64,000 bases of DNA, taken from contig JBNRSN020000017.1 in the NCBI GenBank assembly GCA_051313645.2, forward strand, positions 63,736,001 through 63,800,000, given 5' to 3'. Numbering within the stretch: position 1 is the stretch's first letter; every line of letters begins with the position of its first letter. The notes beneath the pieces were generated by a model. It ran no database searches. It was not told where the DNA came from and was given only the letters and a program-made list of their open reading frames with translations. Positions 1 to 14,478 of this stretch are shown piece after piece. The DNA is from Centroscyllium fabricii. Taxonomy: Eukaryota. The position numbers and the translations under genes were made by a program.

Positions 1-314
1 TGACCGAAGAGGGAGGGTGGCCCTTTTAGCAGCGCTGCAGCGGCCACTCAAACCTGCTGCAACACTTGCAAAAGCTGGCGCTGATGGCGCCTTTCCACCG
101 CCCCCCGCACTAAGCCCAATATCTGGCGCAGCCCGCCGGCGGGTGTTGCCCACGCATTGCCACGGCGATTGTTGATCGGCAGGTGGTGCAGCGCTAACGT
201 TTAGCGCCGGTGCTAACCACTAGGCCAATTTAGCGCCCGGCGCTAATTTGGGTGCTACATCGGCGCTGCCCAATTAGTGCAGATTTTTGGCGCTATGGTG
301 CCAATTTTTCGCCC
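1..314. mobile_element. Right part of a GC-rich non-autonomous DNA transposon (MITE-like)
   Basis: Repeated GGCGCTAA/TTAGCGCC motifs as in 22502-23204; ends CCAATTTTTCGCCC directly against a CR1 fragment. Confidence 0.5.
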
Positions 315-1135
315 ATGGAATTCAAAAGCCGAGAAGTTATGTTAACCTTGTATAGAACCTTGGTTAGATCACACTTTGAGTACTGTGTGCAGTTCTGGTC
401 TCCGTATGATGAGAAGCAGCAAGTGCAAAAACTATTTAGAAGGATGATGCCAGAATTGAGAGGGTAATACTATCAGGAAAGACTCTGGCTATTTTCTCGA
501 AGAGAAGGCTGCGAGGTGACTTAACAGAGGCCTTTAAAATTATGAAGGGGTTCGATAGGGTAGACGTAGAGATGCTTCTACTTGTGAAGGAGTCCAGAAC
601 TAGGGGCCATAAATATAAGATAGACACTAATAAATCCAATAAAGAATTCAGGAGAAACTTCTTTATTCAGTGGAGTGATGAGAATGTGAAACTTCCCACC
701 ACATGTGGTTGAGGCAAATAGCAAAGTTACATTTGGGCCTAAGCTAGATAAATAATTGAAGGTGATAACAAAATACTGCAGATGCTGGAAATCCGAAATA
801 ACAACAGAAAATGCTGGATAAGCTCCGCATTTCAGGCAACATCCGTAAGAGAAATGGGAGTCAAAGTTTCGGGTTGGGACCCTTTAGGTAATAGTCTCGA
901 TAAAGGGTCCCGACCCGATATGTTGACTCCTGGTGCTCTCACGGATGTTGCCTGAACTGCTGAGATTTTCCAGCAGTTTGTTATTTTAAATAAATGAAGG
1001 TAATAGGAGTAGAAGGATGTGTTGATGGGGTTAAAGAAGTAATGTGGGAGGAGGCTTGTTTGGCGCATAAACACTGGCATGGACCAGTTGGGCCTAATGG
1101 CCTGTTTCTGTGGTCTGTGGTGTAAATCCTATGTA
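315..1135 (+). mobile_element. CR1 LINE 3' fragment, interrupted by a Penelope-like element
   Basis: Encodes [19 protein letters not shown] (CR1 ORF2 C-terminal motif); CR1-type tail around 1075-1135. Confidence 0.85.
768..987. mobile_element. Penelope-like element remnant (inverted terminal repeat pair, family 2)
   Basis: Imperfect palindrome (...caggcaacatccgt...gggaccctt / aagggtccc...acggatgttgcctg); 18-bp direct repeat with 2 mismatches at 750-767 and 988-1005. Confidence 0.7.
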
Positions 1136-1640
1136 AAGAAAGATGGCCAGTATCGAACCATAGAGGTTTACAGCACTGGAGATGATTTGGCCGACTGTCT
1201 ACCAGTTTTTGCTGGAGCTATCCAAAATCCTACTGTCTTCCTTTCCCCAAAGCCCTGTACCTTTCTTTGTTTCATATGTTTATCTAATTGTCCCTTTACA
1301 ATTGTTCCTCAACTGCTTCATGTGGTAAAGTTTTCAGGATTTAATAAATCTGAAGAAATTTCTCCTAAACCCTTTTCTCACTCTTGGAGGCTCATGCATG
1401 AATAATGGACACTTGGTTGGTGGTGGGGGGGGGGGGGGTGGAGAACTAAAAACTGAATGGAGTTTCTCCAGTAATCAGTTATTAAATCATTCGGGGATTA
1501 TACAAATGCTGCTTAGATCGTATGTGGAATATATTTTTGACTGCATGCCTGTTCAAAAAGGGATTTATATTTTAACTTGCACAGAATATAATGTTGCCAC
1601 TTGTTTAGAGAACTTTGTAAATTAATGAATGTTCTCTTAA

Positions 1641-1784
<144 letters not shown>

Positions 1785-1820
1785 TAAGTTAATTGAAGCT
1801 CTTTTTGTGCCGTATTATAA

Positions 1821-2000
<180 letters not shown>

Positions 2001-2634
2001 TGATTTTTAAAAAATATATATAATTCTGTCTCTGCCTTACCTTTCTCAGTAGAGTCACTAGATACTCATCAGGAGCAGAAAACCTGACTGAGTTTCAGAC
2101 AAGGTCATGCATTGATCGGCTTGGCCCGGCCGTGAGCTCGGGCAGGTGATGAGGAGCAAAGTATTTGCTCCAGGTGACAGTGGAAAAATAACTCCAATCG
2201 GAATGGATATTTGGGCCTAGGTTGAGAGTAAGATTGAGTTCCAACCCCAGGAGCAGAAACTGATGGTGAGGAATTTGAGTGGGAATGAGGGGGAGGGGAT
2301 TAAAAAAAATAAAAAAAATTCAAAGCAGACAAAATACTTTTTCCAAAAAAAGACACGGTCAAAATCCAACTGTTGTTTTTGTGGAATTAATTTTCCACAT
2401 GGTTTCTGCTAACAAATGAATAAAGCCATATGGATAACCTGGTCCAGTAACATCATTTTTGATACCTCTACATCCTTTGACAGAACTTTTGTTTGCTTAT
2501 TTTACAAATTATTGATTTATTGTCACAAGTTTCCTGAAGTAGCATCTTTCTAATTCAAGTGGTGCTTTCACCTGCCAGGCTCAATGGACTGCTTAAATGA
2601 CAACTTAAAAAAACATGTGTTTCTCTCATTGCAG

Positions 2635-2808
2635 CTAAACTCATTTGAACAGCTATGCATCAACTATACCAATGAAAAGTTGCAGCAGTTGTTTAATCAT
2701 ACCATGTTTATCCTGGAGCAAGAGGAATACCAGCGAGAGGGCATTGAGTGGAATTTCATTGACTTTGGCCTGGATCTGCAGCCTTGCATTGACCTCATCG
2801 AGAGACCT
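2635..2808 (+). CDS. MYH10: MYH10 exon 2/29 (relay helix)
   Basis: gcag|CTA...CCT|gtaaga, 174 nt; [25 protein letters not shown]...[10 protein letters not shown]. Confidence 0.96.
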
Positions 2809-3559
2809 GTAAGACTAAAAGGGTTCCACACTTTGATTAGCCCAGTAATTTAATTACCAGTGTAAGATGCTGACACTGTTGATACAGCAACTTGCATTTA
2901 AATTAGAGCCTTGAAATAAAATATCTCAAACTGCTTCATATGGGGAGGCAAAATGGACAGTGGTAGACTGAGGAGAGTTGACCAAAAGCACAGTCAGAAA
3001 GAGGTTATGAAGAGACTATTACCAGCAGGGAGAAAAGTAGCAAAGCGAGGAGGTTATGGGAGGGAGTTCCAAACAGTCGGACCTAGGGATGGGCCGGAGG
3101 CCAGAGTTCGAGAAATATATCCTCCATGCAACATAGTTCCTCTTCAGAGCCCATTTCAAGCTATTGTGTATCCCTCTAACCAAACATACACAAGACTGGT
3201 TTAGACCTACTTTTCTTTCTTTGTAGAGAAACAATTTATTTGCTGAGATTGGGAACTCGCTTTTAGACAGTTCGTCTATTCTAGAATGCTCCCAGGATAC
3301 CCTACTACATATGGTTTCTTAAAAAAATTAGTTGTGGCAAAAAATGCTTTGTTGCCTATTTCAGTATATTTGGGGGAAATGTACAGAATAGAAAGTTCAG
3401 TACATCAAAAGATTTAAATGTAAACATGCACAGAACCCTTGGAACCTATGAAGAAAAATGTCTGCGGTAAATTGAAGTATGAATACCCTAATCCATTGAG
3501 ATATTTGGACATAAAACAAACTTCAACCAATGAAGTCTTCTAACTTCTTCTTGTACCAG

Positions 3560-3733
3560 GCAAATCCTCCTGGCGTGCTGGCTCTGTTGGATGAGGAATG
3601 TTGGTTTCCAAAGGCTACTGATAAGACATTTGTGGAGAAACTGAGCCAAGAACAGGGTACACACTCCAAATTCCAGAAACCAAGGCAGCTCAAAGATAAG
3701 GCTGACTTCTGCATTATTCACTATGCTGGCAAG
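3560..3733 (+). CDS. MYH10: MYH10 exon 3/29
   Basis: ccag|GCA...AAG|gtatgt, 174 nt; [18 protein letters not shown]...FCIIHYAGK. Confidence 0.96.
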
Positions 3734-4184
3734 GTATGTCTGCTAAATGGAATGCCAAGTGTTCAGAATGGATGTATAACTTGTCTTCTATTTCACCACT
3801 TCTTAAAATCTTTGACTGAACCCTATTGGATATAATGGACAGCTTCAAGCCAGTTTATGTAGTTACATATCTAAGACAATGACTTCTAGATTGTGTAAGG
3901 TTCATGGACTTGACACCAACTTTATATTAAATCTTTATCGAGTTCGACTGAGTTTTGGCACACTGTCTTGAGCAATAGTCATGCAGAGAAATAAACTGTT
4001 ATCCGCTTTTGCTCTGGATATAGAACGTAACCTTTGTTCTTTCATTGTGTGTCTCTGAATTGTGAAGGAAAGCTTAAGGTTTTTATAGGGCTCTGGTCAT
4101 GCACAGTCATCCCTTAAAAGGAGTAGTTTTCAGTTTCCTAACTGATCTGTGGATCATTGTCTTTATTTGTTTGTGGTACTGCAA

Positions 4185-5112
4185 GAATCGGGCCTCAGCT
4201 ATTTACAATCTGGATCAGTGACTTAGGTAGGGGACCAAATGCAGTAATGGATACAAGTTTGCTGATTATACAAAGCTAGGTGGGACAGTAAGCTGTGTAA
4301 GGGATGCCAAGAGGCTGCAAAGAGCTGTAGACCAGTTGATAGTGGGCAAGAACATGACATGCAATATAATGTGGAGAAATGTGAAGTTATTCACTTTGTA
4401 GGAAAAATGAGAGTATTTATTAAAAGGTGGGAGACTGGGAAATGTTAGTATTCAGAGTGACCAGGGTGTCCTTGTACACAAATCAGTTAATTTGCAAGCA
4501 CAGCAAGCAATTAGGAAAACAAATGGTATATTCGCCTTTATTACAAAGGGATTGGAGTATAAGAATAAAGAAGTCTTACTGCAATATATAGGGCCTTGGT
4601 GAGACCACACCTGGAGTACTGTGTACAGTTTTGGTCTCCTTACCTAAAGAAGGATATACTGCCTTCGAGGGAGTGCAACAAAAGTTCATTGGACTGATTC
4701 CTGGGATGAGGGGATTGTCCTATGATGAGAGATTGAGTAAACTAGACCTATATTCCCTAGAGTTCAGAAGAATGAGGTGACCTCATTGAAACATATAAAA
4801 TTCTTAAGGGACTTGACAGGGTAGATGCTGGGAGAATGTTTCCCTTGGCTGAGATCACTCTCTGAATAAGGGGTTGGCCATTCAGGAGTGAGATGAGAAT
4901 TTCTTCACTCAAAGGGTTGTGAATCTTTGAGCATACACAGCTCTTTGTGGTAGAAAATTCCAATCGTATTCAAGACCGAGATCGATCAACCTTTTGGATA
5001 CTAAGGGAATCGAGAGATATGGGGATCGGGCGGGAAAGTGGAGATCAGTTGTGATCTTATTGAATGGCAGAGCAGGCTCGAAGGGCTGAATGGCCTACAC
5101 CACCTCCTATTG
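4185..5112 (+). mobile_element. CR1 LINE 3' fragment (degenerate)
   Basis: KFADYTK RT motif, [13 protein letters not shown] motif, CR1 tail gaatggcagagcaggctcgaagggctgaatggcctac. Confidence 0.85.
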
Positions 5113-7699
5113 TATAGGCTACTCGCTTATCTGGGTGACCACTGACCCCTTAGTCAGATTTCTTGCTAACAAAAGACCTCTCCTTGCTGATTAAGCTTTT
5201 TCTTGCTAAATGTCATCCATACCCTGAAGAATTCTGGGAAATTAGCAACTTTTGCCCATTTTATTATTTCTAGCTATAGTAAAAGTCCACAAACTAAGTG
5301 AGAAGAAAGTAAAAACCTTAATCATATGCGATTAAATCAATCCTAATCTTATCTGTATATGAATAAGTTATCTTACAGTTGGCATTGAAGTCAAGCCACC
5401 AGTTGCTTTTCCAGACTCTTTAGAACTACTCCTGTCTAACATTCTAGCCTTGTAAACAATGGTGATCCTTTCATGCAAAAAAGGGATGAGAGGAGTGTGA
5501 CTGAAATGTGGCTTTCTGTCTTTATTTTGTGATTTGAAATGGAAGGAATTTGAATCAAAAATGGCTGTATCTGGGGAAGGCTTTGCTGCAAGAATTTTAT
5601 TATGCTGTGGTAAAGGCAGTCTATGGGTGCCTGTAGCACAGCCGCAGGAGATCTGCTATTAACTTAGCTATGTGCATGCAATCTGACTTGGTCATTGTAT
5701 TGAATGGGAAACACGGTATAAAATCAGTTTACTTGTTTCAATCTGTGACACAAGATATATCCATTGACTGTGTCCATGGAGTTACATCACATTGCTAATT
5801 TGAGAGATCCTCTTGGTGTAGAGGTCTCTGAATGCAATTTCCTTTGAACATCTGTTCGAATCAGTCCAACTGGGAAGCTGCAAAAACATGCAATAGTCAC
5901 CATGAATTGTATGAGTAGCTTGCTGTCATGTGTTTAAGGACAAGCTGTCAAAGGATTTTGCATTAGAGAGGAAACACCCTTGGAACCCCAAGACCCACTT
6001 GAGGTCTTCAATCTTCCATTCACCTGACCTTTACATGGCATGTGAAGTAGAAACTCCATGTGCAGTAACCTTGTGTAAGGTAACATTCAAGACTGTTTCC
6101 AGGAATTTGCTGAGAGAAGTTGCAAGGCTTTTCTTTAAGCTCTTTGTTTAATCAGACTAGTTTTACTTTATAATATTTTTAGGTCAAGTGCACACTCCGT
6201 GTCACACCTACTTCCCGAGACATGTTCCCTATCGCACTTTGTTAAAGCTGCTGTTCCGAAGTTGTATCCTCCGACTCACTGAGCACAGCCGCAGGGGATC
6301 TGCTAATAATTGGTGCTGTTGTTTTTCTTAATCTCTTGGTATTGACATGCTGTTTCATCTGTAAATAAATCAAAGACATTTAGCCTATATACAATGTCCA
6401 GTAACATGCTATTTCTCCACTTTGGAGGTAACCCAAGAATGTGCTGGGCATGTCATATGTTCTCCAGCAAGTCACTTACCAGGATTATGTATGGGTTAAC
6501 AATCAAATCTGGACACCAGATATTACGACGGAAAGTAAAAAGGTTTAAATTTAGAAGGGGCTCTGGTTTATGGCTAAATTTCAGAACGACAGGAAAAAAG
6601 TATTGTGGGGAAAAGTCTGAATTGTAACAGGAAGATATATATACTGTAAACCAAATTCTCTTACAAAGTAGAGATTTTTCTGAATCTTCAGATGGATAGG
6701 ACGCATTGTGTACACTCTTTAATGAATTATGCAAGGACTATTGGGAAAGAGCAGGGGAGTGGGGCGAATTGGATCGTGTTTTTAAAGACCCACCAAAGGC
6801 ACAAGGGGCCAAATTTCCACCTCCTGTGCTGTATGATTCCAAGAAGTCAAATCTCCGATGAGGCTTGAAGAAATTCAAATCTTTAAGACGACCGGCTAAT
6901 TTGTATTCTAGTATGGGTAGACTGTTGTGATTAGGGCTCTCATAGCTCGTCATCAAAAAGTCCAGGGGTGCTGAGACTAATTGTACTTCCCCTGCAGCTA
7001 ATTGGGCTGAACTTGATTGTGGCAGGGACTAGGGATCAGACTTGGATCTTCCTGCCGTGGCTCCATTCCAAATTGGCAATGCAATTTGGTACACAGACCA
7101 TCTTGGAAAGAAAAACTTTCCACTCTTGAAATACTGTTCTTCCAGTGAATACTCTATGTAGCACATTGTGACTATCACTAATTTGAGTTAAAACACATTT
7201 TAAACTTTAGAAATTCAGTTGTATCCCACCATTGGGGATGCTGAGTAGAACTGTTGATGTATTTTGCTAAAGTAGAACTGAATTACAGATGAAAATGAGT
7301 ACAGGAAACTCTATTATCTGGGATCTCAATTTCCAGAGGGTTATCTACTGAGGCTTTTTTAACAAAGAAAAATGATAAAAAATCAAGAAATGTGAAGTAT
7401 GCAGTAATTGGGTACTCGCCTACAGAATGTTGTGTTTAAATGGATGTGGATTGTGGCAGTTTGGAGAACTACCCCCACTGACTAACTCAGCCACCGCAGA
7501 AGACTCGGACTCAGCAACATTGCCGGTTATTGAGGTGGTGTTTTCAGATGAGCACGTTGTTTAAATGGATAATAGAATTTCCTGTATATACTTAAAGGTG
7601 TACTGAAGTTTGGCCACATTATGGATTGGTGTAGAAATGTACTTGATTTCTTTCCATGTCGCAGGTAATTACAGCTAATCTTTAAACTTCTGATACTAG

Positions 7700-7819
<120 letters not shown>

Positions 7820-8703
7820 TAAATTACAATTTATTGATGCTAACATTCCGTGAAAATGGTGTGGGTATTTACCGCTGAGCTTTCTCGGTGACTGAAGATG
7901 GGTCACAGTGTTGATCAGTTATGTTCTTGTTTCTCAGCAGTGTTTGTCTAATTTCAGAATCCCAAGCTTGAAGTCCCTTCACATAATTCAGAGTTTGAGG
8001 GTGACAATTCAAAGTTTTTCATATTTTCACCTAATTTTCAGTCGCTGCATTCTTTTGGATTTTAAGTTCTGCGTGAGCATGTTTGTGATAGCAACTGGAA
8101 CTTTAGTATTCTTGGCCTTCGGCTTTGTGATCTGTTCAGATTCATTGGTGCTGACGAAGGCGGAACGCCGAACTATTTAGCCCCATTGTTGGTGACCAGA
8201 TGAGCGAAAGGACAATGCAGCCTAAACTTAAAACGCAGTGAATGGGAGTTAAACATCCGAAGAATCCCAGCCATCGTGCAAGTGCAGAGCTGAAAATATC
8301 ATTTCTGATGTTCCTCCTAACATAGTTCCCTTTTTTTTAAAAAGCAAGCATTAAATAAAATACTAATATACCTGATTAAACAACCTTGGGTTGTTTTACT
8401 ATGTTAAAGGTGTAATATAAATGCAAGTTGCTTGTTTATGTATGAATTACTTCCCTGGCTGGAAGTACTGTCTACGTTCTGGATATTAAATCTCCTGGGG
8501 TTGAGGTGGAGCAGCATGTAATAGTACTGGAAGCGGTTGCATTAAAGTTGTTTAATGAGACCCAATTCCTGTTCGGACCTGTAGTGTTTCGCTAGTCGAG
8601 TTAAATTGTCAAGTCATCGTTTGGAACTGAATAATCAAACTACCGAGTCCTTTTTGTCATATTAATCTGTGCAGGATGTATATCCAGCTTCGTTACATAA
8701 TGT

Positions 8704-8904
8704 AAGAAGTCACACAACACCAGGTTATAATCCAACAGTTTTATTTGAAATCTCAAGCTTTCGGAGCGCTCCTCTTTCGTCAGGTGAAGGAGCAACACTC
8801 CGAAAGCTTGTGATTTCAAATAAAGCTGTTGGACTATAACCTGGTGTTGTATGACTTCTTACATTTGTCCACTCCAGTCCAACACCGGCACCTCCACATC
8901 ATGA
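8704..8904. mobile_element. Penelope-like element remnant (palindromic terminal repeat pair, family 1)
   Basis: About 80-bp inverted arms; 11-bp direct repeat TTACATAATGT at 8693-8703 and 8905-8915; same sequence as 14479-15222 and 56346-56440. Confidence 0.8.
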
Positions 8905-9075
8905 TTACATAATGTGGCAGAGCTGTCTGACTGTGTCGAGACGTGACAAATTTCTAATTCTTGCTCCTGGTTAGTGCTCCAGCTTATTATTCTTCATGGA
9001 CTACAAAATCAGTATCTCGCGATTCTGCATTTCGTGTGCTTTCACTCAGTACACAGGTGCAACATGTTGAAGTAA

Positions 9076-9357
<282 letters not shown>

Positions 9358-9855
9358 TAAACAAAAATTCTTTATGGAATTATGCAATCTTCATGTTAGT
9401 TTTATTAATTACACAGAAAATGTCACTTTGTAATACTACACTAACACGTGCAATCTTCTGTTAGATGTTCAAACCCCTTGCTTGCACCATGCTGGAGAGC
9501 CACAGTTTTGTAAGGATTTGTATCACGCACTTCTAAGCTAAAGCAGGCAGTCTATTGTGTAAATTAATTTGGGGGTGGGGGAACAGTTTGAGTAGAATAT
9601 TTTCAGTACTCGGTATATGCGTAGATGGTTAATGGGGATAGCAGAATAACCACTTGGAATAATTTGGCTTAAAATATGTTTTCAGCTTTTGGGATTGAGC
9701 GGTTGGGGTGGGTGTTTAGACATATGGAAATGGTTGCATCTCTCCCACCTCATTTTACTGTCTGACTTCACTGACAAAGATTGAAGTATTGATTTGTGGT
9801 GGTGTTTTGGTCTTGGTCCTTCTTTCAATAACTCAGTCCTTGAGTCATCATTTAA

Positions 9856-10115
9856 CATAGAAACATAGAAGATAGGAGCAGGAGTAGGCCATTCTGCCCT
9901 TCAAGCCTGCTCCGCCATTCAATGAGATCATGGCTGGTCATCCAAACCCAGCACCCTGTCCCTGCCTTGTCCCCATATCCCTCGGTCCCTATCGAGCCTG
10001 CACCGACACATCCCACCTTATCCCCGTAACCCCACATAGTTAATCCCCCTAACGCTAAGGGTTAATTTATCATGGCCAATCAACCTAACCCGCACATCTG
10101 GACTGTGGGAGGAAA
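9856..10115 (-). mobile_element. HE1-type V-SINE, 5'-truncated, tail type 2
   Basis: Matches the 3' part of the full-length copy at 47152-47544; ends in TTCTATG repeats. Confidence 0.85.
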
Positions 10116-10961
10116 ATCTATTAACCTTTTTGTATGGCGTTGTTAATACCTGTACGTTACGAACTCTGCTGACAGATTCCATACAAAGATGCTACATTTT
10201 ATTCCCACATCATGGCCAAACAGTGTGGTGCATTAGTACAGTTAAAAGATCAGGAAATGTGGAAGATTCATAGCTGTAATTAGCAGGACCATTTGAGTCC
10301 TGTCTGGAAATTTCCATCCGTTAAGTATGATGAATTATGTCGTCTTATTTTTCAGATATACGGAATAGTTTCAAAATTAGTAACCAAGAAAGGCAGCCAG
10401 CTTGGCCGTTGTTTTTTTTTAACCTTGGAACTGTCAGCAAATCCAAAGAATCAGAACAAGTTTTTAGCTTTTGAGCTCCTATTCTGAAGCTGAAGCAAAA
10501 TTCAGTTTTACAGTTATAAAGCTACTCAAACATGTAGTTTTTTTTACAGTACTCGTCCTGGTCAATTAAATTGTTTGAAGATTTATTTTAACTGTTTAAA
10601 AAAAATAAAAAATAAAAAATGCTGCCCGTACCAATTTTTTAAAATGTTGCCTGCACTTTATCCCTGATATAACCTAGTCTAATGTTAGTATTACTGCTTT
10701 TCCTTTTTGAGAAAAATCATCTCTATCTCTTGGGTTCCGTCAGCCATCTTGGGAGTGCCCAAATTTGGCTTGCGGTTGCCATGAACCAGCTGCAAAGGCA
10801 TACTTTAACAGTTAAGGCCTGAAAGTTGACCTGATCATGTCCCTAGGTTTTACTGTTGATTTAATATTTCAGAATCAAACACTGTTAATATTGGACTAAT
10901 TGCCTTGTCCACCTTGCTGGCAGCCTGGTTGGGCCCTGATCAGAGCTCAGCAGTAGTATAG

Positions 10962-12854
10962 CTCCAGTGTTGATTTTCTTGCTGCATTGTTTCTGTTGCC
11001 GCCGCTGTTTTGGGGCTACATTGATGGAGATGACAGAGCAGATTAGGCGGTGGTCTGTCCAGCAGCCATCAGCCCCTGTCATCGCGCGGGTGATGCGGAC
11101 GTCCTTGTGGTCCCTCGCTCGGACGATAACATCGTCCAGATGCCAGTGCTTGGGGCGAGGGTGCTGCCATGAAACCTTGTACTCTGACTGAACAAGGTGT
11201 TAGTTATGACGAGGCCATGTTCTAAGCATTTCAACAGGCAGAGGGTACCGTTGGAGTTGGCTTTCCCTACCCCCTCTCTGCCAATCACACCTCAGAGGTC
11301 TGTGTCCTTTCCAACTCTGGCATTAAAGTCGTCAAGGAGGATCAGCTAGTCGCCCATTGGGACTCGGCAGGGATTGTTCGAGGCTGGAGTAGAATTCCTC
11401 TTTGGTCTTGTCTGTGGCTTCCCGTGTTGGGGCGTACGCACTGATGACCGTAGTGCACTGGTTGGAGCTTGTCAATTACAAGAGCAATGCAGGGAACAGC
11501 ACCAACTGCTGTACATGGCCTTCTTTGATCTCGCAAAGGCCTTCGACACTGTCAGCCGTGAGGAATTATGGAGTGTTGTCCTCAAATTCGGCTGCCCTCA
11601 AAAGTTTGTCACCATCCTCCGCCTGCTTCATGGCGACATGCAAGCCATGATCCTGACCAACGGTTCCACCACAGACCCAATTCACATACGAACCGGGGTC
11701 AAGCAAGGCTGTGTCATTGCACCAACGCTCTTCTCAATCTTCCTTGCTGCAATGCTCCATCTCGCCCTCAGTAAGCTCCCCACTGGAGTGGAGCTAATTT
11801 ACAGAACAAACTGGAAACTGTTCAACCTTCATCACCTCCAGTCCAGATCCAAGGTCGTCCCATCCTCTTTCATCGAATCACAATATGCAGACGATGCTTG
11901 CATCTGCGCTCATTCGGAGGTTGAACTCCAAACCATCGTCAACACCTTTACCGAAGCGTATGAGCGCATAAGCCTTGCACTAAACATCCATAAGACAAAG
12001 GTCCTCTACCAACCTGTCCCCACCACACAGTACTGCCCCCCGATTATCAAAATTCACGATAAGGCCTTTGACGACGTGGACCACTTTCCATGCCTTGGGA
12101 GCCTACTGTCAACAAGGGCAGACGATGAAGTCCAATACCGCCTTCAGTGTGCCAGTGTGGCCTTCAGTCACCTGAGGAAGTGTGTTTGAAGACCAGGACC
12201 TCAAACCCAGCACTACGCTCATGGTCTACAGAGCAGCAGTGATACCCGCCCTGCTGTATGCCTCCGAGACATGGACCATGTACAGCAGGCACCTCAAAGC
12301 ACCAGAGAGGCACCACCAACACTGCCTCCACAAGATCCTGCAAATGCATTGGCAAGATAGGCGCACCAACGTCTGTTGTCGCTCAGGCCAACATCCCCGG
12401 CATCGAAGATTTGACCACACTCAATCAGCTCCGATGGACGGGTCACATTGTTATGCATGCCCGATACGAGACTCTCAAAACAAGCGCTATACTCTTGAGA
12501 TCTGGCATGGCAAGAGAGCCCCAGGTGGGCAGAGGAAACACTTCAAGGACACCCTCAAAGCCTTCTTGAAAAAGTGTAACATCCCCACCGACACCTGGGA
12601 ATCCCTGGCCCAAGACCGCACGAAGTGGAGAAGCATCCGGGAAGGTGCCGAACACCTTAAGTCTCTTCGCCGGGAGCAAGCGGAAGCCAAGCGCAAGGAG
12701 CGCACGTCAACCCAAGCACCCCACCCGCCCCTTCAACCACCGTCTACCCCACCTGTGACCGACTGTAGGTTCTGCATTGGACTTATCAGTCACCGGAGAA
12801 CTTTATTTTAATGTGGAAGCAAGTCATCCTCTGCTCAGCGGGACTGCCTAAGAG
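10962..12854 (+). mobile_element. RTE-clade LINE with 5' inversion (endonuclease segment 10962-11464 on - strand; RT-to-3' end 11465-12854 on + strand); frameshifted
   Basis: + strand: FFDLAKAFDTV, GVKQGCVIAPTLF, QYADD. - strand: VISAYAPT, GVGKANSNG, CWTDHRLI (APE endonuclease). TSD AGTATAG at 10955-10961 and 12855-12861. Confidence 0.88.
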
Positions 12855-13051
12855 AGTATAGTAAGGGTTAAGCACACAAGCTTCTGTGGCTGCTCCACTG
12901 AGAACTTCCAGCTCTGATGCACATTCACTGCAGATATATACCCATACTGTTCCTAAAGTGGCACAAACTGCAGATTAAACCTTGGAGCTTGACTTTACAT
13001 GGCTCAATATGATAACCATATATTGTGTTCACTCACTTTGCAAATACTGTG

Positions 13052-13612
13052 GTAACGAGCAGGTCAGAGGCTGGGTATTCTGTAGCGAAGGTCTCTCTCC
13101 TGACTCCCCAAAGCCTTTCCACCATCTACAAGGCACAGTCCTTATTGTGATGGAATACTCCCCACTTGCCAGCTGAGCGCAGCTCCAACAACACTAAGCT
13201 CAACACCATCCAGGACAAAACAACCCACATGATTGGCACCCCATCCACCACCTTAAGCATTCACTCCCTCCACCACCGGTGTACCATCTACAAGATGCAC
13301 TGCAGCAACTCACCAAGGCTTCTCGGCAGCACCTCCCAAACCCGTGACCTCCTTCACCTAGAAGGACAAGGTCAGCAGGCGCATGGTTCCCCTCCAAATC
13401 TCTCACCATCGTGACTTAGAAGTATATCGCCGGTCCTTCATTGTCACTGGGTCAAAATCCTGGAACCCCCTACCTAACAGCACTGTGGGAGTACCTTCAC
13501 CTCATGGACTGCAGCGGTTCAAGAAAGCAGCTCTCCACCATCTTGTCGAGCGCAATTAGGGATGGGCAACAAATGCTGGCCTTGCCAGTGACTCCCACAT
13601 CCCGTAAACAAA
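13052..13612 (+). mobile_element. CR1-group LINE 3' fragment (second family)
   Basis: Homologous to 55345-55782; tail caattagggatgggcaacaaatgctggccttgccag. Confidence 0.75.
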
Positions 13613-13656
13613 TGGGGGGCTATATTATAAAGGGAAATCTGCCTAAATCATTTTAA

Positions 13657-13830
<174 letters not shown>

Positions 13831-14478
13831 TAGTGTGCTGAAGGATTTTGCTATCTTACAGATGTTTTTTGTTATAAGTAAATTTTGTAAGTGTATATGG
13901 AATGAATTGTGCATGTCTTGCATCCCATTGCTTTAGAAAAAAAGGTCTCAAATTCATGGGTAAATTTGATCAACTCTACTTTTGAGTTTTGTGTACTATT
14001 TTAAGTTCTCCCCATCCCCAACCTGTTGGTTTTTCAGCAGGATTGGCATCATATTTGCCCAGTATATTTCAATTTTGTTGCATTGTCTTTGGTTAGTCCT
14101 TATACAGTAGGCAAGGGGTGGCAGATGGACAAGCGATGTAAAGGTAAGCAAGAATGATGGCAAGGGTGTTTTTGTACTACCTGATGATTGAAGTATGAAT
14201 GGGGCTCTTTCACAACTCGACACAAATATGGACATCTGATTCACCCAGTAAATCAATCCAGTTCAATTCTAAACCAGCCCATTTCGGTCTATCTGAGATC
14301 AGCTGCTCTAATTGTGTAGCGTTATCAAACGCCTGCTTTTGCTCCTGCAGCAGCACTTGATTTTATTTACTGGCTATGCATAGTAGAAAGTATGTGTAGC
14401 AGAAAGTATTTGTATAACACATACAGCCTCTAGTTAGTTTCTTAATGAAAAATATCATTGTCTTTCTTTGTGAAATAA

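Noticed and set aside
5820-6130. Possible recombinase or transposase remnant on the - strand
   Set aside because: Stops in the frame examined and only vague motif resemblance; not supportable.
8983-9056. Candidate B2-like cassette exon (AG at 8981-8982 or 9011-9012, GT at 9057)
   Set aside because: Lengths of 74 or 44 nt break the frame, there is no peptide similarity, and only 56 nt separate it from the next exon.
11374-12811. Intact or domesticated reverse transcriptase gene
   Set aside because: The ORF start lies in the inverted segment, the RT is N-terminally truncated and frameshifted, and a TSD marks it as a dead insertion.
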